Assembly (NCBI GenBank): GCA_016926185.1
Contig: JAFGPD010000042.1
Coordinates: 1,985 to 65,984, forward strand
From: Candidatus Woesebacteria bacterium
GTDB taxonomy: Bacteria; Patescibacteriota; Microgenomatia; UBA8517
DNA: 64,000 bases
Direction: 5' to 3'
Within the stretch, counting starts at the first letter, position 1, and each line of letters begins with the position of its first letter. The position numbers and the translations under genes are program-made. Shown here in pieces: positions 16,416-25,939 of this stretch. Under the pieces are notes generated by a model. It was given only the letters and a program-made list of their open reading frames with translations. It had not been told where the DNA came from and did no database searches.

Positions 16416-18146
16416 TTAATTAACAGGGGCCGTACCTCTTAAGAACTTTGCCTGCCAGGGTTGGAAGTTGGAATAAAAAGTCTTTTCAAAAAGCACTTCT
16501 CCGTCTTTTTCTACTTTATAATCAAAATTTACTTTTGCGCCCCATGCTTTCCAATCAATTTGTTTAATTTGTCCTTGAGGAAGTGTCGGATCATCGATGT
16601 AAAGATCTTCGGGTGGGGGAGTTGAGCTGGTTATTACGGGTTCTGTCATTGTGACAACCCTACCGTCATTTGTCCCATACATTTCAAAATCCAAAGTTGA
16701 TTGCTGTGGGTCGTAAACAGTTTGAATTAAAATATGTCCGGGTGTGTTATTTTTGATTTTAAGATCGGTTGTCGGTGCATACACGGTTGCGTCTATTCCT
16801 GGAGGGTAACCTTGTTCGTAGTAAGTTACTCTGTACGAATGAGCACGTCTTTCAATAATCGGCAGACCTGCATTTAAAGCAGCCCGGAAGAGAGTTGTTG
16901 ACACTTGACATACTCCGCCTCCATCTCCAAGCAGTGTCTGTCCGTCTTTTATGACATATGCTTTTTGGTAACCTGTAAGCTCCGATATGTCTCCCACTGT
17001 GTTATTAAAAGACAAAATTCCGCCAGGTTTTATTAATGTACCGTTAAATTTATCTGCGGCTACACCAATATTATGAATCCTTGAAGATATTGAACCACGA
17101 AAAGTTGAAGAACCTTTAGCTATCAGTTCTTTGATCCCTAAATCATTAACTTGGTCTGTTGTTATCTCAGGAGGGATGGTTTTGTACACAACTTCAACTT
17201 CAATATTATCAATCAAAGATCCAGTCAGTTGTAAAAGAGCACTAGATATGTCTTCCGACAACTTGAGTTCATCTATAATAATTCCATCTCTGGAAGGAAT
17301 GAATTCTTTAATTGAACCGTTTATGTATTCGAATACTGAGTTTTGAGGTTTAATGTTTTGATTTTGAGAAAAAGTGATAACGAAATAGTCGATATTTTCA
17401 GTTTGGGGCTGTCCTTTGTAGTTAAGAAGCGAAAGAATTTCATTAGTTGTCAGAGTGACTTCTGTGTCATCAATTAACAAAATAATGGTTTTATTTTTCA
17501 GGGAGTCTGCAAGAGTGCGAAATTCATTTATCTGCTCGCTTGTTAAAGTGGGATCAATCTCAGTTAATTTTATGGGGATTGGTCTAAAGTCAGCGTTTGA
17601 TATTGCATTGTCGATCTCTGATATTAGTTTCCCCAAGTCTATACTTGTACCTTTGTCGCCGGGATTGATTATAACTTCACCAGCTTCGATACGGGCACTT
17701 GGATACACCGGTTCGTCCGTTACTCTTGCTGAAATCGCAGACAATAAACCTTCCAATTTCTGTCTGTTGTACGTATAGACAATTTCCATGTCGTGTTGTG
17801 TAAACAGTGAATTCAGGAATCCTTTAATGTAGTCAATGATGTTTCCGTTCCGGTAAAATGAATATGTGACTAAAACGGTTTTTTCAATATCATATTCCAG
17901 ATCGAAATCCTCTGTATTGATTTCAAATTTTTTGTCGTGAGACACTAGCTCTAAAGAGTCGGGGGAGGAGAATTTCTCTGACAAAATGTTTGTTGCCTGT
18001 TTTGTAGAAATTGAGGACACATTAAGGCCGCTTATATAGAAGTTTGGAAAGATCTTACCGTGTATCAAGTTTGCTGATATAAATAAAACAGCACTTATAA
18101 AAAGCGAAATTACGATTAAAATAATTAGGATCAGCTTTTTTTTCAT
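16416..18146 (-). CDS. VanW-family protein with N-terminal membrane anchor
   Basis: N-terminal TM (LILIILIVISLFISAVLFISA). C-terminal VanW-like core (GGGVCQVSTTLFRAALNAGLPIIERRAHSY). Confidence 0.7.
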   Translation of the reverse strand: MKKKLILIILIVISLFISAVLFISANLIHGKIFPNFYISGLNVSSISTKQATNILSEKFSSPDSLELVSHDKKFEINTEDFDLEYDIEKTVLVTYSFYRNGNIIDYIKGFLNSLFTQHDMEIVYTYNRQKLEGLLSAISARVTDEPVYPSARIEAGEVIINPGDKGTSIDLGKLISEIDNAISNADFRPIPIKLTEIDPTLTSEQINEFRTLADSLKNKTIILLIDDTEVTLTTNEILSLLNYKGQPQTENIDYFVITFSQNQNIKPQNSVFEYINGSIKEFIPSRDGIIIDELKLSEDISSALLQLTGSLIDNIEVEVVYKTIPPEITTDQVNDLGIKELIAKGSSTFRGSISSRIHNIGVAADKFNGTLIKPGGILSFNNTVGDISELTGYQKAYVIKDGQTLLGDGGGVCQVSTTLFRAALNAGLPIIERRAHSYRVTYYEQGYPPGIDATVYAPTTDLKIKNNTPGHILIQTVYDPQQSTLDFEMYGTNDGRVVTMTEPVITSSTPPPEDLYIDDPTLPQGQIKQIDWKAWGAKVNFDYKVEKDGEVLFEKTFYSNFQPWQAKFLRGTAPVN

Positions 18147-18360
18147 ATTCTTTTATGATCGATCTATTTAACTTAGTTAAAGTATAACAGCGAGTTTCAA
18201 TATACCGTGGACATAATGAAACAGTGGTATATATAATTAAACTACAGATATTAATATAATAGTAGATTAAGGAACTATTTATACAAATAGTGATTTTATT
18301 GTTTAAGGCAAATAACTTTTTATTTGATGCTAATATACTATTTCTCAAAAACCAATTAAT

Positions 18361-19905
18361 ATGACAGACCAACCGGCAATATCTGAAGACAATAAGGCAA
18401 CCATGCAAAAAAAAGATAATGTTAATGAGTCAGTTAAGATTAAAAGTGGGGATTTATTTTCAAATTTTACGCTTTTGAATTTTTTGAGACCAAAGTCGGC
18501 AACCAAAATTCCAAAAGAAGTTACAGGAAAAATCCAAAAACCTGTAATTAAAAATCCAGCTATTTCCAAGAAACCATTTACTAAAAGTAGCATCTCAAAA
18601 AAGAAGATCTTTATTATAATATTGCTTTTTCTGTTTTTAATCATTTTGCTTTTGCTGGTTGCGGTTGCGATTAGAAATAAACCGGAAAAAACTGTTGGAG
18701 AGCGAGGGAAAATTACATGGTGGGGGCAAAGAGATGCGAACTTGGTTCAGCCTCTTATTGACAAGTTCGAAGAAGAAAATCCCGGGGTGAATGTTGTATA
18801 TCAAAAACAGGAACCTATAGACTATAGAATCAGGCTTCAGAATTTGATCAAAAAAGGTCAAGCTCCGGACATATTCACTCTTCATAACACTTGGGCACCT
18901 ATGTTTAGAGAAAACTTGGATGTGCTGCCTCCCAGCGTAATGGAAAAAGATCGCTACAATAGCATTTTTTATCCTGCGATAATCAGCAGTTTAACGAGTT
19001 CTAAAGGAATTGTGGGTGTACCTCTTGGGTATGATGCTTTGGTTTTATACATCAGCCAGGATCTGTTTTCGACTGCCTTTGCCCAGCCACCGCAGACATG
19101 GGATGATTTTTGGCAATTAGCAGATCATTTAAAAGATGTTTATAATGACCGCATTATCCAAGCTGGTGCGGCGATGGGATTGACTGGTAATGTTGAGCAT
19201 TGGCAGGAGATAATTGCTCTTTTGATGATCCAAAACGAGGTCAATCTTTATCAACCTGCTGGCCAGAGAGCACAGGCAGTTTTGGATTATTACACTTCAT
19301 TTACCGGTAAAAAAGCAAAGATATGGGACGAAACACTTCCGGAATCGGTGATCGCATTTGCGAACAAAAAGGTCGCAATGATATTGGCACCCACATATAG
19401 GGCAAATGATATTAGAAAGATCAATCCCGACCTCAGGTTTTATACTGTACCGGTTCCTCAAATACCTCAGGATCAACCCGAGAATCCTGATATCACTTAT
19501 GCAACTTTTTGGTTCGAAGGCGTTTGGAATAGATCGGTAAACAATGATATTGCGTGGGAACTTCTCAATTTTTTGACTGAAAGAGACAATCTGGTTGAAC
19601 TTTCCAATAACTATCAAGCAAATGGATTAATACCTGAGGCTTTTCCTAGAAAAGATATGAGAGTTCTAATAAAAGACAATTCAATATTGGGATCTGCTGT
19701 AAATTTGGCAGACCACTCTGTAAGCTGGTTTTTGGCTGATGATACTTCAGATGGAGAAGGCGGGATCAATTCACAGTTATCTTCGGTTTTTGCAAGCGGT
19801 GTGACTGAAAGCTTGAGAGGTAACAAAAAATCTGCTGAGATCGTTTCCGGGCAGCTACCCTCTGTTCTTTCAAAATATGGTTTGGTTTCTTCCCAAACTC
19901 GGTAA
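18361..19905 (+). CDS. membrane-anchored extracellular solute-binding protein (ABC-type, sugar family-like)
   Basis: Cytoplasmic N-terminal tail, TM (IFIIILLFLFLIILLLLVAVAI), then a ~400-aa periplasmic-binding-protein-like domain (WWGQRD..., YDALVLYISQDLF). No permease or ATPase genes adjacent. Confidence 0.55.
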   Translation: MTDQPAISEDNKATMQKKDNVNESVKIKSGDLFSNFTLLNFLRPKSATKIPKEVTGKIQKPVIKNPAISKKPFTKSSISKKKIFIIILLFLFLIILLLLVAVAIRNKPEKTVGERGKITWWGQRDANLVQPLIDKFEEENPGVNVVYQKQEPIDYRIRLQNLIKKGQAPDIFTLHNTWAPMFRENLDVLPPSVMEKDRYNSIFYPAIISSLTSSKGIVGVPLGYDALVLYISQDLFSTAFAQPPQTWDDFWQLADHLKDVYNDRIIQAGAAMGLTGNVEHWQEIIALLMIQNEVNLYQPAGQRAQAVLDYYTSFTGKKAKIWDETLPESVIAFANKKVAMILAPTYRANDIRKINPDLRFYTVPVPQIPQDQPENPDITYATFWFEGVWNRSVNNDIAWELLNFLTERDNLVELSNNYQANGLIPEAFPRKDMRVLIKDNSILGSAVNLADHSVSWFLADDTSDGEGGINSQLSSVFASGVTESLRGNKKSAEIVSGQLPSVLSKYGLVSSQTR

Positions 19906-20048
19906 TACAGCAATAAAGTCATTCTTCGTCAGCCAGATTTTAAAAAGAGTGTACACAAGGTTGAATAGAGCGAGTACTTATGTCTAGAGTTTTGGTTTTT
20001 TGATATCCTGACATTGCGATGTTTAAGTTCATGAAAATAAATTACTTC

Positions 20049-20103
20049 TTGACAAAACCAAAATGTATTGATTAAAATAGCACTCGTAAATATTGAATGC
20101 TAA
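20049..20103 (+). promoter_or_regulatory. groESL promoter (-35 TTGACA) followed by a CIRCE operator
   Basis: TTGACA at 20049-20054. ATAGCACTC-gtaaatatt-GAATGCTAA at 20077-20103 matches the CIRCE consensus TTAGCACTC-N9-GAGTGCTAA with two mismatches. It sits 16 nt upstream of the groES ATG. Confidence 0.6.
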
Positions 20104-20118
20104 ATTTACTATAGTACT

Positions 20119-20448
20119 ATGTCAGCTAAGAAAAATAATTCCGTCAGAAAAAGCAAAGTTAAGAATCTTTCACTTGCCCCGGGGTATGTATTAATTGAAC
20201 CATTGGAAGCAGAAACAAAAACAGCCTCAGGAATTTATCTTCCCGAGAATGTATCTGAAAAACCCCAAAAAGGAAAAGTACTATCAGTAGGTGGTATTTT
20301 GGTCACAGAATATGGTGCCAAGATAGAACCTCCCGCAAAAATAGGAGACATTGTGATCTATAAAAAATGGGGTGGCAATGAGGTTAAAATGGGAGGCAAA
20401 GAATATCTGTTCACAAAATTTGAGGACATATTGGCAATAGAGAAATGA
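20119..20448 (+). CDS. groES: co-chaperonin GroES
   Basis: [20 protein letters not shown] ... [14 protein letters not shown] matches GroES. It has a ~14-aa N-terminal extension relative to typical GroES. Confidence 0.85.
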   Translation: MSAKKNNSVRKSKVKNLSLAPGYVLIEPLEAETKTASGIYLPENVSEKPQKGKVLSVGGILVTEYGAKIEPPAKIGDIVIYKKWGGNEVKMGGKEYLFTKFEDILAIEK

Positions 20449-20449
20449 T

Positions 20450-22078
20450 ATGGCAAAACAACTAAAATTTTCAGATGATGCAAGACAAGCCTTAATGGCA
20501 GGTATAGATATTGTCGCAAAAGCGGTCGTCACGACTTTAGGGCCGAAGGGAAGAAATATTGCTCTTGATAAAAAGTACGGTGCGCCAAACATCGTTCATG
20601 ACGGGGTGACTGTAGCAAAAGAGATAGATCTTGAAGATCCGTTCGAGAATATGGGTGCACAGCTTGTAAAAGAGGCAGCTGATAAAACCAATGACGCTGC
20701 AGGTGACGGTACAACCACAGCCACACTTCTGGCACAAACGATGTCTGCAATAGGAATGAAAAATATCACAAGCGGAGCTAATCCAATGGTTGTCAAAAAA
20801 GGAATAGAAAAAGCTGTTGAAGCTGTCGTTAAAGAGCTCCAAAAAATTGCAAAACCGATAAAAAGCCAACAAGAGATCGAGCAGGTTGCCACAATTTCTG
20901 CCGGCGATAAAACAATTGGAGTAAAGATCGCTGAAGCTTTGGAAAAGATAGGCAAAGACGGAGTTGTCTCAGTTGAAGAAGGAAAAGGTTTGACCTTGGA
21001 TATTGAATATAAAGAAGGAATGGAATTCGACAGGGGATATGTCTCACCTTATTTTGTCACCGATCCGGAAAGGATGGAGGCAGAGGTGGAGGATGCTTAT
21101 GTTCTTATAACTGATAAAAAGATCAGCTCAGTTCAAGACATGCTACCTTTTTTGGAGAAATTTGTAAAGGTCAGCAAGGATCTGGTTATTATTGCCGATG
21201 AGTTGGAAGGCGAAGCGCTTGCCACCTTGGTGGTCAATAAGCTCAAAGGTACTTTCAATGTGCTGGCAGTGAAAGCGCCAGGCTTTGGTGACAGGAGAAA
21301 AGAAATGCTTGAGGATATTGCAATTCTCACAGGTGGTTCTGTGATAAGCGAAGATACCGGCAAAAGTTTTGAAAATATTGAAGTTACCGATCTTGGTCAA
21401 GCCGATAAGGTATGGTCTGATAAAGAAAACACTCAAATCATTGGCGGGAAAGGTGCAAGCGGAAAGATCAAAGCACGAGTGGCTCTTTTGAGAAGGCAGA
21501 TCAATGAAAGCGACTCTGAGTTTGATAAAGAAAAACTGGAAGAAAGGCTGGCGAAGCTTTCAGGAGGAGTTGCACAGATAAATGTTGGTGCCGCAACAGA
21601 GATTGAACTTAACGAAAAGAAAGAAAGGGTCAAAGACGCGGTTGGTGCAACTAAAGCAGCAGTTGATGAAGGAATAGTTCCAGGCGGTGGGGTCGCTCTT
21701 CTTGCTTCTGTGAAAGCACTCGATTCGGTTGAAGCAGAAACCGAAGATGAAAAGGTCGGAATAGATATTGTCAGATATGCCTTAGAACAGCCGTTAAGAT
21801 GGCTTGCTAAAAATGCCGGAGAAGATGATGGGTACGTTCTCAGGAAAGTGTTAGATTCGAAAGACAGTGACTATGGTTATAATGCTCTCACTGGCGAATT
21901 CGGCTCAATGACAAAGTTTGGGATAATAGATCCTTTGAAAGTCACAAGATCAGCTCTCCAAAATGCAGCATCCGTTGCAATGATGGTTTTGACAACTGAG
22001 GGTCTAGTTACAGATTTGCCGGAAAAAGAGGACAAGATGCCACCAATGCCGGGTGGTGGGATGGGTATGGGAATGTAA
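20450..22078 (+). CDS. groEL: chaperonin GroEL
   Basis: [25 protein letters not shown] ... [12 protein letters not shown] ... C-terminal GGGMGMGM tail. Confidence 0.95.
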   Translation: MAKQLKFSDDARQALMAGIDIVAKAVVTTLGPKGRNIALDKKYGAPNIVHDGVTVAKEIDLEDPFENMGAQLVKEAADKTNDAAGDGTTTATLLAQTMSAIGMKNITSGANPMVVKKGIEKAVEAVVKELQKIAKPIKSQQEIEQVATISAGDKTIGVKIAEALEKIGKDGVVSVEEGKGLTLDIEYKEGMEFDRGYVSPYFVTDPERMEAEVEDAYVLITDKKISSVQDMLPFLEKFVKVSKDLVIIADELEGEALATLVVNKLKGTFNVLAVKAPGFGDRRKEMLEDIAILTGGSVISEDTGKSFENIEVTDLGQADKVWSDKENTQIIGGKGASGKIKARVALLRRQINESDSEFDKEKLEERLAKLSGGVAQINVGAATEIELNEKKERVKDAVGATKAAVDEGIVPGGGVALLASVKALDSVEAETEDEKVGIDIVRYALEQPLRWLAKNAGEDDGYVLRKVLDSKDSDYGYNALTGEFGSMTKFGIIDPLKVTRSALQNAASVAMMVLTTEGLVTDLPEKEDKMPPMPGGGMGMGM

Positions 22079-22171
22079 TCCCCGAAATTAAACTTCACAA
22101 AATTTCATAATTTCTTCAACACGAGACTGGTAATTGATAATTCCATTTTATAATTTTGTATAATACGTACT

Positions 22172-22618
22172 ATGAAAAGACAAAAGCTTCAAATGTTACT
22201 GGATGCGGTTGAGTCTGAACTGTCTAAGGCAGCTTTGCATTATAAAGAAAATAAGATCGCTTCCGAAAAAATGAATGAAACAACCCGTACTTCCTGGTCA
22301 GCAGCAGGGGATAGAGAGTATGCGAAAGATCAGGAGGAAGTCACGAAAATGAACTTAGACATGCTTAAAAACTTATCTAAGGAGCTTAAAAAAGCCGTTA
22401 ATAATAAATATCCAGACAAGATCGAACCCCCATGTTTTGTAAGAGTTCATATTGATGGAGAGGATATTGAATTTTACTTGGTAGAAAATGTTGCCTCAGT
22501 CGAAGGTTTTAAGATTGTGTCTATAAGTTCACCTGTAGGTAAAGAGCTTCTGAAAAAGAAAAAATACGACATTTATAAATATACCGATATAAAGGGTAAA
22601 ATAATCGGTATTGAGTAG
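22172..22618 (+). CDS. GreA/GreB-family transcription elongation factor-like protein
   Basis: N-terminal predicted coiled coil. C-terminal FKBP-like segment with SISSPVGKELLKKKKYD resembling the GreA S-PiG-aLlGk motif. Confidence 0.55.
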   Translation: MKRQKLQMLLDAVESELSKAALHYKENKIASEKMNETTRTSWSAAGDREYAKDQEEVTKMNLDMLKNLSKELKKAVNNKYPDKIEPPCFVRVHIDGEDIEFYLVENVASVEGFKIVSISSPVGKELLKKKKYDIYKYTDIKGKIIGIE

Positions 22619-22649
22619 TATTTAATATTACTTACTTTTACTAATAAAA

Positions 22650-23384
22650 ATGAATATTGCTGAAATTTTTAGAATAAAAAAGACTGGTAATTCAACACCA
22701 GATCCACTACAAAAAGAATTATCGAAAGTGCAATATGCAATTTCGAAACGTAGTAGAGAAGACCCATATTATAATCAGCTTTTAACAAATCTCGAAATTG
22801 CACAATATTTTGGGCTTGAAGGGGAGTATATAGTGCATTCTTGTAGAGATCTGGCAGAGTTAGCTTATGATCCAACGGGAGACAATTTCGTTAAAAAACA
22901 AACTTGGATGAGGGCAAAAGAAACAGTTTATATGAGAGAGAGAACAAGCGGAAGGATGATAACTATGAAGTTGTATCCACAGTATTATGCTGCTATCCAA
23001 AGAGGCTTTAAGACCTTTGAAGGAAGAGCATACGACCCACAATCCTCTAAAAGATATGCTGACATAAAAAAGGGGGATGCCATCTTGTTTGAAGTAAACA
23101 AAGAAATTGAAAATTGGGAAGAAGAATGCAAACATTTAAGTATTGATCCTGATAAACGATTAGAGACTGATGTTGGTCAGGTGTTTTACGGTGCCTTAGT
23201 TCATGAGGTTTTTCAGATGTGTCCAAGATTAGGCGTTGAGTTCCAACCCATGATTTCCGGACCATCAGAGCTGATAAATCTACAAAGAGCAGCTGTGTAT
23301 TATTCTTTTCCTGAATATAGTAGAAGAATTAGTGAAAATGGCTTCATCGGTATAGAAGTACTAAATCCTAGACTTGTAGATTAG
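22650..23384 (+). CDS. hypothetical protein (possible PUA/ASCH-like fold)
   Basis: 244 aa with no confident motif. The ASCH-like guess rests only on the short segment KLYPQYYAAIQRGFKTFEGRAYD...KKGDAILF. Confidence 0.3.
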   Translation: MNIAEIFRIKKTGNSTPDPLQKELSKVQYAISKRSREDPYYNQLLTNLEIAQYFGLEGEYIVHSCRDLAELAYDPTGDNFVKKQTWMRAKETVYMRERTSGRMITMKLYPQYYAAIQRGFKTFEGRAYDPQSSKRYADIKKGDAILFEVNKEIENWEEECKHLSIDPDKRLETDVGQVFYGALVHEVFQMCPRLGVEFQPMISGPSELINLQRAAVYYSFPEYSRRISENGFIGIEVLNPRLVD

Positions 23385-23408
23385 CGCTTGTTTTAAAAAT
23401 ATTCCAAA

Positions 23409-24074
23409 TTATGGAAGTAATGTGAAGGGATTGATTGGATAGTTATGGTCTCGAATTTCTAGGTGTAAATGATCACCATATGCTCTTCCGGTTGCACCCA
23501 TTGCTCCTATTACAGTATGGATATCTACCATTTGATCCCTTTCTACGAATATTTGTGACAAGTGAGCATACAAAGAGGTTATGTCATTACCGTGATCGAT
23601 AAGTATTGCATTTCCGTAAGCATATTTTGAATATTGTATACCCGTAACCTTTCCTGAAAGGATAGGATAGATCGGGTCACCAGTGACACCATCGAGATCG
23701 ATCCCGGGATGATAAAACTTATATCCTTGAGTAATTCTAATGTTTTCCGTAGGATATCTTATTCCGCTTTCTGTGGTCATGACAACAGGCGCTTTTGCGA
23801 TAAAATTCTCATTAGCTTCTTCTGAAAAACCATTAGACGAGGGAATGTATGAGGTTGCTATGGCAAAAACAGCCAAGTTCATTCCCAGAAATCTTTTGAT
23901 TTTCTTGTGTTCAAAAATATGGCGGAAGAACCTGGAGAATTTACTGCCTGTCCGGATGCGGCGGATATCTTCCAGTTTGGGAAGCAAAGGGTCATTTTGG
24001 GAATCACCGCGCCTTTTGACTAGTGTAAGGTCAATTCTCCTTTTGGCCGGCAGATTTAATGATAGTTTTATCAT
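23409..24074 (-). CDS. M23-family metallopeptidase
   Basis: YHPGIDLDG ... LYAHLSQIFVE ... GATGRAYGDHLHLEIRD (HxxxD and HxH M23 signatures). N-terminal TM/signal (LAVFAIATSYIP). Confidence 0.75.
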   Translation of the reverse strand: MIKLSLNLPAKRRIDLTLVKRRGDSQNDPLLPKLEDIRRIRTGSKFSRFFRHIFEHKKIKRFLGMNLAVFAIATSYIPSSNGFSEEANENFIAKAPVVMTTESGIRYPTENIRITQGYKFYHPGIDLDGVTGDPIYPILSGKVTGIQYSKYAYGNAILIDHGNDITSLYAHLSQIFVERDQMVDIHTVIGAMGATGRAYGDHLHLEIRDHNYPINPFTLLP

Positions 24075-24143
24075 GATACTCTGTTTCTTTCTCTCGCCCA
24101 GAGCTTCAGCGAGTTTGTCTGAACCTTTTTGATTTAGACAGAA

Positions 24144-24173
24144 AAAATCTAAAGCAGGTGCTTTAGATTTTTA
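24144..24173. other. strong inverted repeat (hairpin) upstream of the M23 peptidase gene
   Basis: aaaatctaaagc-aggt-gctttagatttt: a 12-bp perfect stem with a 4-nt loop. A/T runs lie on both sides, making it terminator-like on either strand. Confidence 0.3.
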
Positions 24174-24333
24174 TATTGTAAATTCCTTAAAAATCGTTAT
24201 TTTATTAAGAACAGAAGGTATTTTAGGGGGGTGATTAAGATATGTCAAGGAAACCTTCGGGTTATGTGCGGAAAGAATTATAGGATAATTCTTCAGACAA
24301 TAATTACACAAGTCTGATGTTAGACAATAATAT

Positions 24334-25086
24334 TTGGGTATAATTAATTTAATGAAAAATGCACTTGTCCTACACGGCTGGCCACAATATGATATTAGTG
24401 ACCACTTTTTGTGTAACTATTTAAGAAAATCAGGATACAAAGTATTTCCCCCCAACTTGTTTTCAGAAGACTTTCTTTTAACAGTAGAAAATATTTTAGA
24501 AGAGGTTGAGACACAAATGGTCAAAGAAAAACCTGACTTAATAATTGGAATATCAATGGGGGGGCTGATTGTCCCTTATTTTGCAGAAAAATATCCTGTA
24601 TCAAAGTTGGTGTTTATTTCCTCAGGACCCAAGTTAGAAGCTAGGTCAAAAGGGTTTAATTTAATGATAAGTGTTGCAAATTTGTTGTTGAGGGTGAAGA
24701 TGTTTTCGTTCTTGATTAAATTACCAGATTTTATTTTCAAATTCTTTTATAAGTTATCGAACCCTTTCAATGGTAACGAAGATGATAGAGGTTTATATGA
24801 AGAGGATGCGGAGGAAAATATAAGTTACATAAAAAGCATTTCGCTATCCAAAGAGAGAGAAATTCTAAATTTTGTATTGGGAATAGACAATACTGATCTA
24901 TTGGTAAATCTGGAAAATGAAACTCTTATCTTTAGTGGGGAAAAGGATCTGCTGATGACAAAGGGTAATGGAGTGAAGTTGCACAAACTATTAAGAAATA
25001 GTGAACTGGTAGTAAACAGTGGTGGTCATTTCAACTCATTTACCGAAAAAGATCTACTAAAATTCGATAGATTTATCAAAAACTGA
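24334..25086 (+). CDS. alpha/beta-hydrolase fold protein
   Basis: GISMGG nucleophile elbow (GxSxG). C-terminal GGHFN. 250 aa. Confidence 0.6.
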   Translation: MGIINLMKNALVLHGWPQYDISDHFLCNYLRKSGYKVFPPNLFSEDFLLTVENILEEVETQMVKEKPDLIIGISMGGLIVPYFAEKYPVSKLVFISSGPKLEARSKGFNLMISVANLLLRVKMFSFLIKLPDFIFKFFYKLSNPFNGNEDDRGLYEEDAEENISYIKSISLSKEREILNFVLGIDNTDLLVNLENETLIFSGEKDLLMTKGNGVKLHKLLRNSELVVNSGGHFNSFTEKDLLKFDRFIKN

Positions 25087-25132
25087 GACTGAAATAAGTT
25101 TTTTTCTTATTTATTCTCAAGCTAACCAATTG

Positions 25133-25147
25133 AAGCCAGGACGGGAA
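25133..25147. repeat. 14-nt duplicate of the tRNA-Cys 3'-end segment (gccaggacgggaat)
   Basis: gccaggacgggaat occurs at 25133-25146 and again inside the tRNA at 25213-25226, in the same orientation and ~65 bp apart. Confidence 0.4.
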
Positions 25148-25210
25148 TTGTTACGCACTCATTGCAGAGTTGCGATACTAAGATTCACAAAGTGGACTTG
25201 ATCTTACGAG

Positions 25211-25282
25211 AGGCCAGGACGGGAATCGAACCCGTGCATCGCGGTTTTGCAGACCGCAGCGTTTCCACTTCGCCACCTGGCC
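25211..25282 (-). tRNA. tRNA-Cys (anticodon GCA)
   Basis: The minus strand reads GGCCAGGTGGCGAAGTGGAAACGCTGCGGTCTGCAAAACCGCGATGCACGGGTTCGATTCCCGTCCTGGCCT. It has a 7-bp acceptor stem, anticodon stem GCGGT/ACCGC with loop CUGCAAA, and a T-arm GGTTCGATTCC. CCA is not encoded. Confidence 0.85.
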
Positions 25283-25318
25283 GATGATTAGTATTTTACA
25301 ACAAATAGCTTGTTAAAG

Positions 25319-25358
25319 AAAAAACCCGTTTAGAAATGTAACTAAACGGGTTTTTTAA
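25319..25358 (-). terminator. intrinsic terminator downstream of hsp20 (bidirectional hairpin)
   Basis: aaaaaacccgtttag-aaatgtaa-ctaaacgggtttttt: an 11-bp stem flanked by A-run and T-run. It lies 15 nt past the hsp20 stop. Confidence 0.6.
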
Positions 25359-25372
25359 TAACCTTACAAAGA

Positions 25373-25780
25373 TCACTCTTTTTTCTTGGATTTTGCCTTT
25401 ACAGTGATCTTTCTTGGTCTTGCAGCTTCAGTTTTGGGAATGTTGAGTGTAAGTACTCCATCCTCGATTTCTGCCTCGGCCATGTCCCATTGTCCACCTG
25501 ATAGAGCTGCAGTGTAGTAATATTGATAACTCCCAAAGCTATATTCGTCTTTACCTTTCTTTTCCTCAGACTTTTCTGCCTTGATGGTCAGAACTCCGTC
25601 TTCGATATGAACCTCGACATCCTTGGAAGGGACTCCTGCAACAACAGCTTCAACGATTATATTTTTTTCACCTTCATGGATCTTAAGACCTCTTTGTGAG
25701 GATGAAAAATCAAAGTCTTCAATCCAACGTGGAAAAGTAAAAAGATTTCGGAAAGGATCTCTTTTAACTATATCTGTCAT
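25373..25780 (-). CDS. Hsp20 / alpha-crystallin small heat-shock protein
   Basis: DVEVHIEDGVLTIKAEK ... EDGVLTLNIPK alpha-crystallin domain repeats. 135 aa. Confidence 0.85.
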   Translation of the reverse strand: MTDIVKRDPFRNLFTFPRWIEDFDFSSSQRGLKIHEGEKNIIVEAVVAGVPSKDVEVHIEDGVLTIKAEKSEEKKGKDEYSFGSYQYYYTAALSGGQWDMAEAEIEDGVLTLNIPKTEAARPRKITVKAKSKKKE

Positions 25781-25785
25781 GTTTA

Positions 25786-25860
25786 ATCACCTCCCTTCGT
25801 CCTCCTTCGTGTTGAATCTTCGGAGGGTATGACCCTCCATAGCTTCAGCGGAGGAGAGTT
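25786..25860 (-). promoter_or_regulatory. hsp20 5'UTR with SD / anti-SD hairpins (candidate RNA thermometer)
   Basis: The transcript has two CCUCC-containing elements (CUCUCCUCCGCU and the hairpin GGAGGGUCAUACCCUCC) upstream of two SD-like GGAGG sequences (GAAGGAGG, GGGAGG) within 30 nt of the AUG. Confidence 0.35.
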
Positions 25861-25939
25861 TTTTATTCTTTGCTTTTCTAATTCAAGTATGATTATCATT
25901 TGAATTGGCTTCGGAGGGCAAGCCTCCTTGAAACTTATG

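Noticed and set aside
18345-18644. 99-aa minus-strand ORF overlapping the start of the solute-binding protein gene
   Set aside because: Its hydrophobic composition mirrors the antisense of the AT-rich TM-helix coding segment. No promoter or RBS context. Judged spurious.
20529-21633. Cluster of 66-119-aa minus-strand ORFs inside groEL
   Set aside because: They are antisense to groEL, which is relatively GC-rich and therefore stop-codon-poor in other frames. No support for real genes.
25130-25210. Possible second tRNA next to tRNA-Cys
   Set aside because: Only a 14-nt T-arm/acceptor fragment is duplicated. The reverse complement of the region cannot be folded into a cloverleaf (no D-arm or anticodon arm). 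Reported only as a repeat.
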